Notes under the pieces: model-generated
What the model was told of the DNA's origin: nothing
Seen by the model: the letters and a program-made list of their open reading frames with translations, nothing else
Databases searched by the model: none
Virus record (IMG/VR): IMGVR_UViG_3300045988_036476
Coordinates: 1 to 41,677 of that record
Length of the DNA stretch: 41,677 nucleotides
Direction: 5' to 3' (one strand)
Source of the DNA: a virus
Shown: in pieces, positions 39,385-41,677 of the stretch
Layout: every line of letters begins with the position of its first letter
How positions within the stretch are numbered: position 1 is the first letter of the stretch
Program-made: the position numbers and the translations under genes

Positions 39385-40205
39385 ACGTTGACGCATTGAT
39401 CGACAGCATCGCGAAAAAGGCCGAGCCTGTGCGTGATCTGGTCGACTACGAGAAAGACGGGCTGCTGTACTGCGGCCATTGCAACACGCCGAAGCAGTGC
39501 CGGATCCCCATCGGTGGGACCGTCCGCCTTGTCGGCTGTCAGTGCGCTTGCGCGGCGCGAGAGTACGAAGCGGAGAAGAAAGCACGCGCTGACCGCGAGA
39601 AGCGACTACGCATCGAAACGCTGCGTGCTGACGGAATCCGCGACAAGAGCCTGACGGCGTGCCGGTTCGACAAGGCGACGATGAGTGACGAGATCGTCAA
39701 ATGCAAACGCTATGCCGACGCATGGGACGATATGCGGCGCGAGAACAATGGGCTTCTGCTGTGGGGCAACACCGGCAACGGGAAGACCTTCGCGGCGGCG
39801 TGTATCGCCAACGAGCTGATTGACCGCGGGATCCCGGCGATGATTACGAGCTTCCCGCGAATCCTCAACGCGGGATACGACAAGAAAGAAATCGTCGAGC
39901 AGGTGCACTATTACCCGCTGATGGTGATCGATGATCTCGGCGCAGAGCGCAGAAGTGAGTACGCAATGGAGACGGTTTACACGGTCATTGACGAGCGATA
40001 CAAGGCCAAGAAGCCGCTGATCGTCACCACAAACCTGACGCTTGACGAGCTGTGTAGGCCGAAAGACATGACCTATCAGCGCATCTATGACCGCATCCTC
40101 GAGATGTGCACGCCGCTGGTATTCAAGGGCAATAGCATGAGACGCGACAAGGCAAATCAGCGCATGAGGCACGTCAAATCGGTGTTGGCAGGCGGTGCGC
40201 CGTGA
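39381..40205 (+). CDS. DnaC/IstB-like AAA+ helicase loader
   Basis: Walker A GNTGNGKTF, Walker B LMVIDDLG, plus an N-terminal Cys cluster. Confidence 0.85.
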   Translation: MNVDALIDSIAKKAEPVRDLVDYEKDGLLYCGHCNTPKQCRIPIGGTVRLVGCQCACAAREYEAEKKARADREKRLRIETLRADGIRDKSLTACRFDKATMSDEIVKCKRYADAWDDMRRENNGLLLWGNTGNGKTFAAACIANELIDRGIPAMITSFPRILNAGYDKKEIVEQVHYYPLMVIDDLGAERRSEYAMETVYTVIDERYKAKKPLIVTTNLTLDELCRPKDMTYQRIYDRILEMCTPLVFKGNSMRRDKANQRMRHVKSVLAGGAP

Positions 40206-40408
40206 GCGGGTATCGCGGGGGCATTTTCAAGTGCCCGTTTTACTCGCGGGACTACCGCGACTATCTCAACTGCGAGGGTGCGCAAGTCAAGCTGCCGAAA
40301 GAAGAGCTGGACGAATACACGCGGCGCTACTGCGCCAACGAAGAATGGCGGCGTTGCCCGATCGCCCGGGCGCTGACGCTGCACTACGAAAGGACGGAGA
40401 ACCGATGA
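40202..40408 (+). CDS. Cys-rich hypothetical protein (68 aa)
   Basis: GTG start overlapping the previous stop. Confidence 0.5.
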   Translation: MSGYRGGIFKCPFYSRDYRDYLNCEGAQVKLPKEELDEYTRRYCANEEWRRCPIARALTLHYERTENR

Positions 40409-40893
40409 GCGAAAGAAACAGAGACAAGATCAAGAAACTCAAACACGAGATTGGCCGCTACGAAAAGCGCTGCGGCGACCTGATGAAGCTGAACGCGCAG
40501 CTTTCCAAGCGCGCCAGCGGCGTTGCCGAGATCAGCATTGCAACCGACGCGCTGCTTGCGCAGGTGGCGATTGCCTACGGCGAGGACGCAGTAGACCCCG
40601 ATACGGGGGCGGTCATCGGCAAACGCCTGATGCTGCCGAAATTCGACGTGCGGAAGGTCTACCAGCAGTACGAAGTGCATGCCAGAAGGGATGGCGAAAA
40701 CTACATCATCGGCGTCGGGTTGCGTGACGATCCTGCGGACGGCAAGCGGGAAACTGCCGGGAATGCCACTGAGAGCGCGCAGGAGCGTTTGGGATTCGAA
40801 AAACGTGAAATGACACCACCGGAGGATAAAAACGCGCAGAGCGCGTCTCAGGGCGATTTGCAGGAGGCTAACGATGGCGCTGACATCGGCTGA
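40405..40893 (+). CDS. Hypothetical protein (162 aa)
   Basis: ATGA coupling at 40405. The track start at 40195 is an upstream read-through. Confidence 0.55.
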   Translation: MSERNRDKIKKLKHEIGRYEKRCGDLMKLNAQLSKRASGVAEISIATDALLAQVAIAYGEDAVDPDTGAVIGKRLMLPKFDVRKVYQQYEVHARRDGENYIIGVGLRDDPADGKRETAGNATESAQERLGFEKREMTPPEDKNAQSASQGDLQEANDGADIG

Positions 40894-41320
40894 CCTTGCG
40901 AGGCTGGGGCCTGCGGCACAGAAGCAGGTGCTTGACAAGCTGGCAGGCGCGCAGAAGCCGAAAAAAAGCAAATACGGAAACCGCAAGGTCGTGTGCGACG
41001 GAATCAAGTTTGATTCCGAGCGTGAGGCGGCGCGGTTCGGCGAGCTGAAAGTGCTGCGAGCGATGGGCAAGATTCGCGATTTGCGGTTGCAAGTCAATTT
41101 CACACTCGTTGAAGGCTACACAACCATCGAGGGTGAGAGAATCAATCCGATGGTCTACCGTGCGGATTTTGTTTACGAGCGGGCGACCGACCCGGACTGC
41201 AACGGCACTGTGCACTGGCTGCGCGAGGTCGAGGACGCAAAGGGCGCGAAAACGAAAGACTATCTGCTGAAGAAGAAACTGATGCAGGACAAGTACGGCA
41301 TCATGATCCGCGAGGTGTGA
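40874..41320 (+). CDS. DUF1064-like (PD-(D/E)XK nuclease / resolvase-like) protein
   Basis: AGGAGG RBS. Contains SKYGNRKVVCDGIKFDSEREAARFGELKVL...YRADFVY. Confidence 0.7.
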   Translation: MALTSADLARLGPAAQKQVLDKLAGAQKPKKSKYGNRKVVCDGIKFDSEREAARFGELKVLRAMGKIRDLRLQVNFTLVEGYTTIEGERINPMVYRADFVYERATDPDCNGTVHWLREVEDAKGAKTKDYLLKKKLMQDKYGIMIREV

Positions 41321-41321
41321 G

Positions 41322-41516
41322 ATGAGCTTTGAGCATTGCCACTTCTGCAAGCCGCCAATGCGGCACGTAGGCTGTCACGGCGATTGCCCGTACTATCAGG
41401 CGGATATCGCCAAGTACACCGAGGCGAAGGAAGAAGAAGCGCGCCAAACGCAGGAACGCGGTGCCTATTGGGGCGCGCGGCAGTTTAAGACGAGGCGCTA
41501 TCAACGAACGAAATGA
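41322..41516 (+). CDS. Cys/His-rich small protein (64 aa)
   Basis: CHFCKPPMRHVGCHGDCPYY. GAGGTG RBS. Confidence 0.5.
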   Translation: MSFEHCHFCKPPMRHVGCHGDCPYYQADIAKYTEAKEEEARQTQERGAYWGARQFKTRRYQRTK

Positions 41517-41528
41517 GGGAGCGAAAAG

Positions 41529-41636
41529 ATGTTGACAGAAAAAGAGTTGGGCGAACGGCTCAAAAACGTTCGCGAAGTGCGCCGCATCAGTCAGTTTCGG
41601 CTTGGCGAAATGGCGGAATGCGAGGGGATAAGATGA
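41529..41636 (+). CDS. 35-aa truncated XRE-type HTH ORF overlapping the MTase start
   Basis: GAGGGAG RBS. Translation: MLTEKELGERLKNVREVRRISQFRLGEMAECEGIR. It stops within what should be the recognition helix. The stop overlaps MTase ATG 97 (equivalent to 41633) as ATGA. Confidence 0.4.
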   Translation: MLTEKELGERLKNVREVRRISQFRLGEMAECEGIR

Positions 41637-41677
41637 AGCACCTCGGTGATATTACGAAGATCAACGGCGCGGAGATC
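41537..41677. repeat. Right copy of the 141-bp terminal overlap
   Basis: Identical to 1-141 by direct comparison. Confidence 0.9.

Larger units (their letters stand above)
1..41536. mobile_element. Complete genome unit of a temperate tailed (siphovirus-like) phage
   Basis: Full set of modules is present: terS/terL/portal/scaffold/capsid/tail/TMP/lysis/integrase/recombination/replication. The window ends repeat its start (1-141 = 41537-41677), so the unit length is 41,536 bp. Confidence 0.85.

Overview
The window is one complete, circularly closed genome unit of a temperate siphovirus-like phage. The unit is 41,536 bp, and bases 1-141 recur exactly at 41537-41677. Protein families suggest a Gram-positive (Bacillota/Clostridia-type) host. 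By eye the genome is GC-rich with several AT-rich islands.

Gene order:
- 97-5049: a C5 DNA methyltransferase and small early/middle genes.
- 5050-5879: an 830-bp ORF-free region. It holds a hairpin-dense segment, two iteron copies and a C-tract/mirror-repeat array.
- 5880-12732: packaging and head genes (terS, terL, portal, Mu-F-like minor head protein, scaffold, capsid). An AT-rich divergent two-gene moron (one reverse-strand, one forward-strand gene) interrupts this module at 10362-11084.
- 12780-24247: neck, tail and fibre genes. A reverse-strand membrane-protein moron sits at 16195-16773, just before the tape measure gene.
- 24267-25536: lysis cassette (XhlA-like protein, two holin-like proteins, CHAP endolysin), followed by a sigma-region-4-like gene.
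- 25888-30603: a divergently transcribed accessory island.
- 30605-31873: attP (tRNA 3' fragment plus arm-type repeats) and the integrase.
- 31858-34468: lysogeny-control region, including an AT-rich three-gene cassette.
- 34739-41636: early genes (cro-like HTH, YqaJ exonuclease, RecT, SSB, a replication protein with internal iterons, a DnaC-like loader, a DUF1064-like nuclease).

Most interesting observations:
1. The roughly 650-nt structured non-coding segment upstream of terS.
2. A C5 methyltransferase whose motif I-II block sits after motif X (apparent circular permutation), with a five-fold repeated TL-type target-recognition region.
3. The 12-gene accessory island, which encodes Q/M/P-rich, Cys-rich membrane and BclA/C1q-like proteins of unknown role.
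4. The AT-rich cassette beside the immunity region.
5. Identical 10-bp iterons at two loci that lie ~33 kb apart in the window (~8 kb across the circular junction).
6. A G6 slippery run at the capsid stop codon that would append a HeH domain.

All family assignments come from motif recognition by eye. No database search was run.
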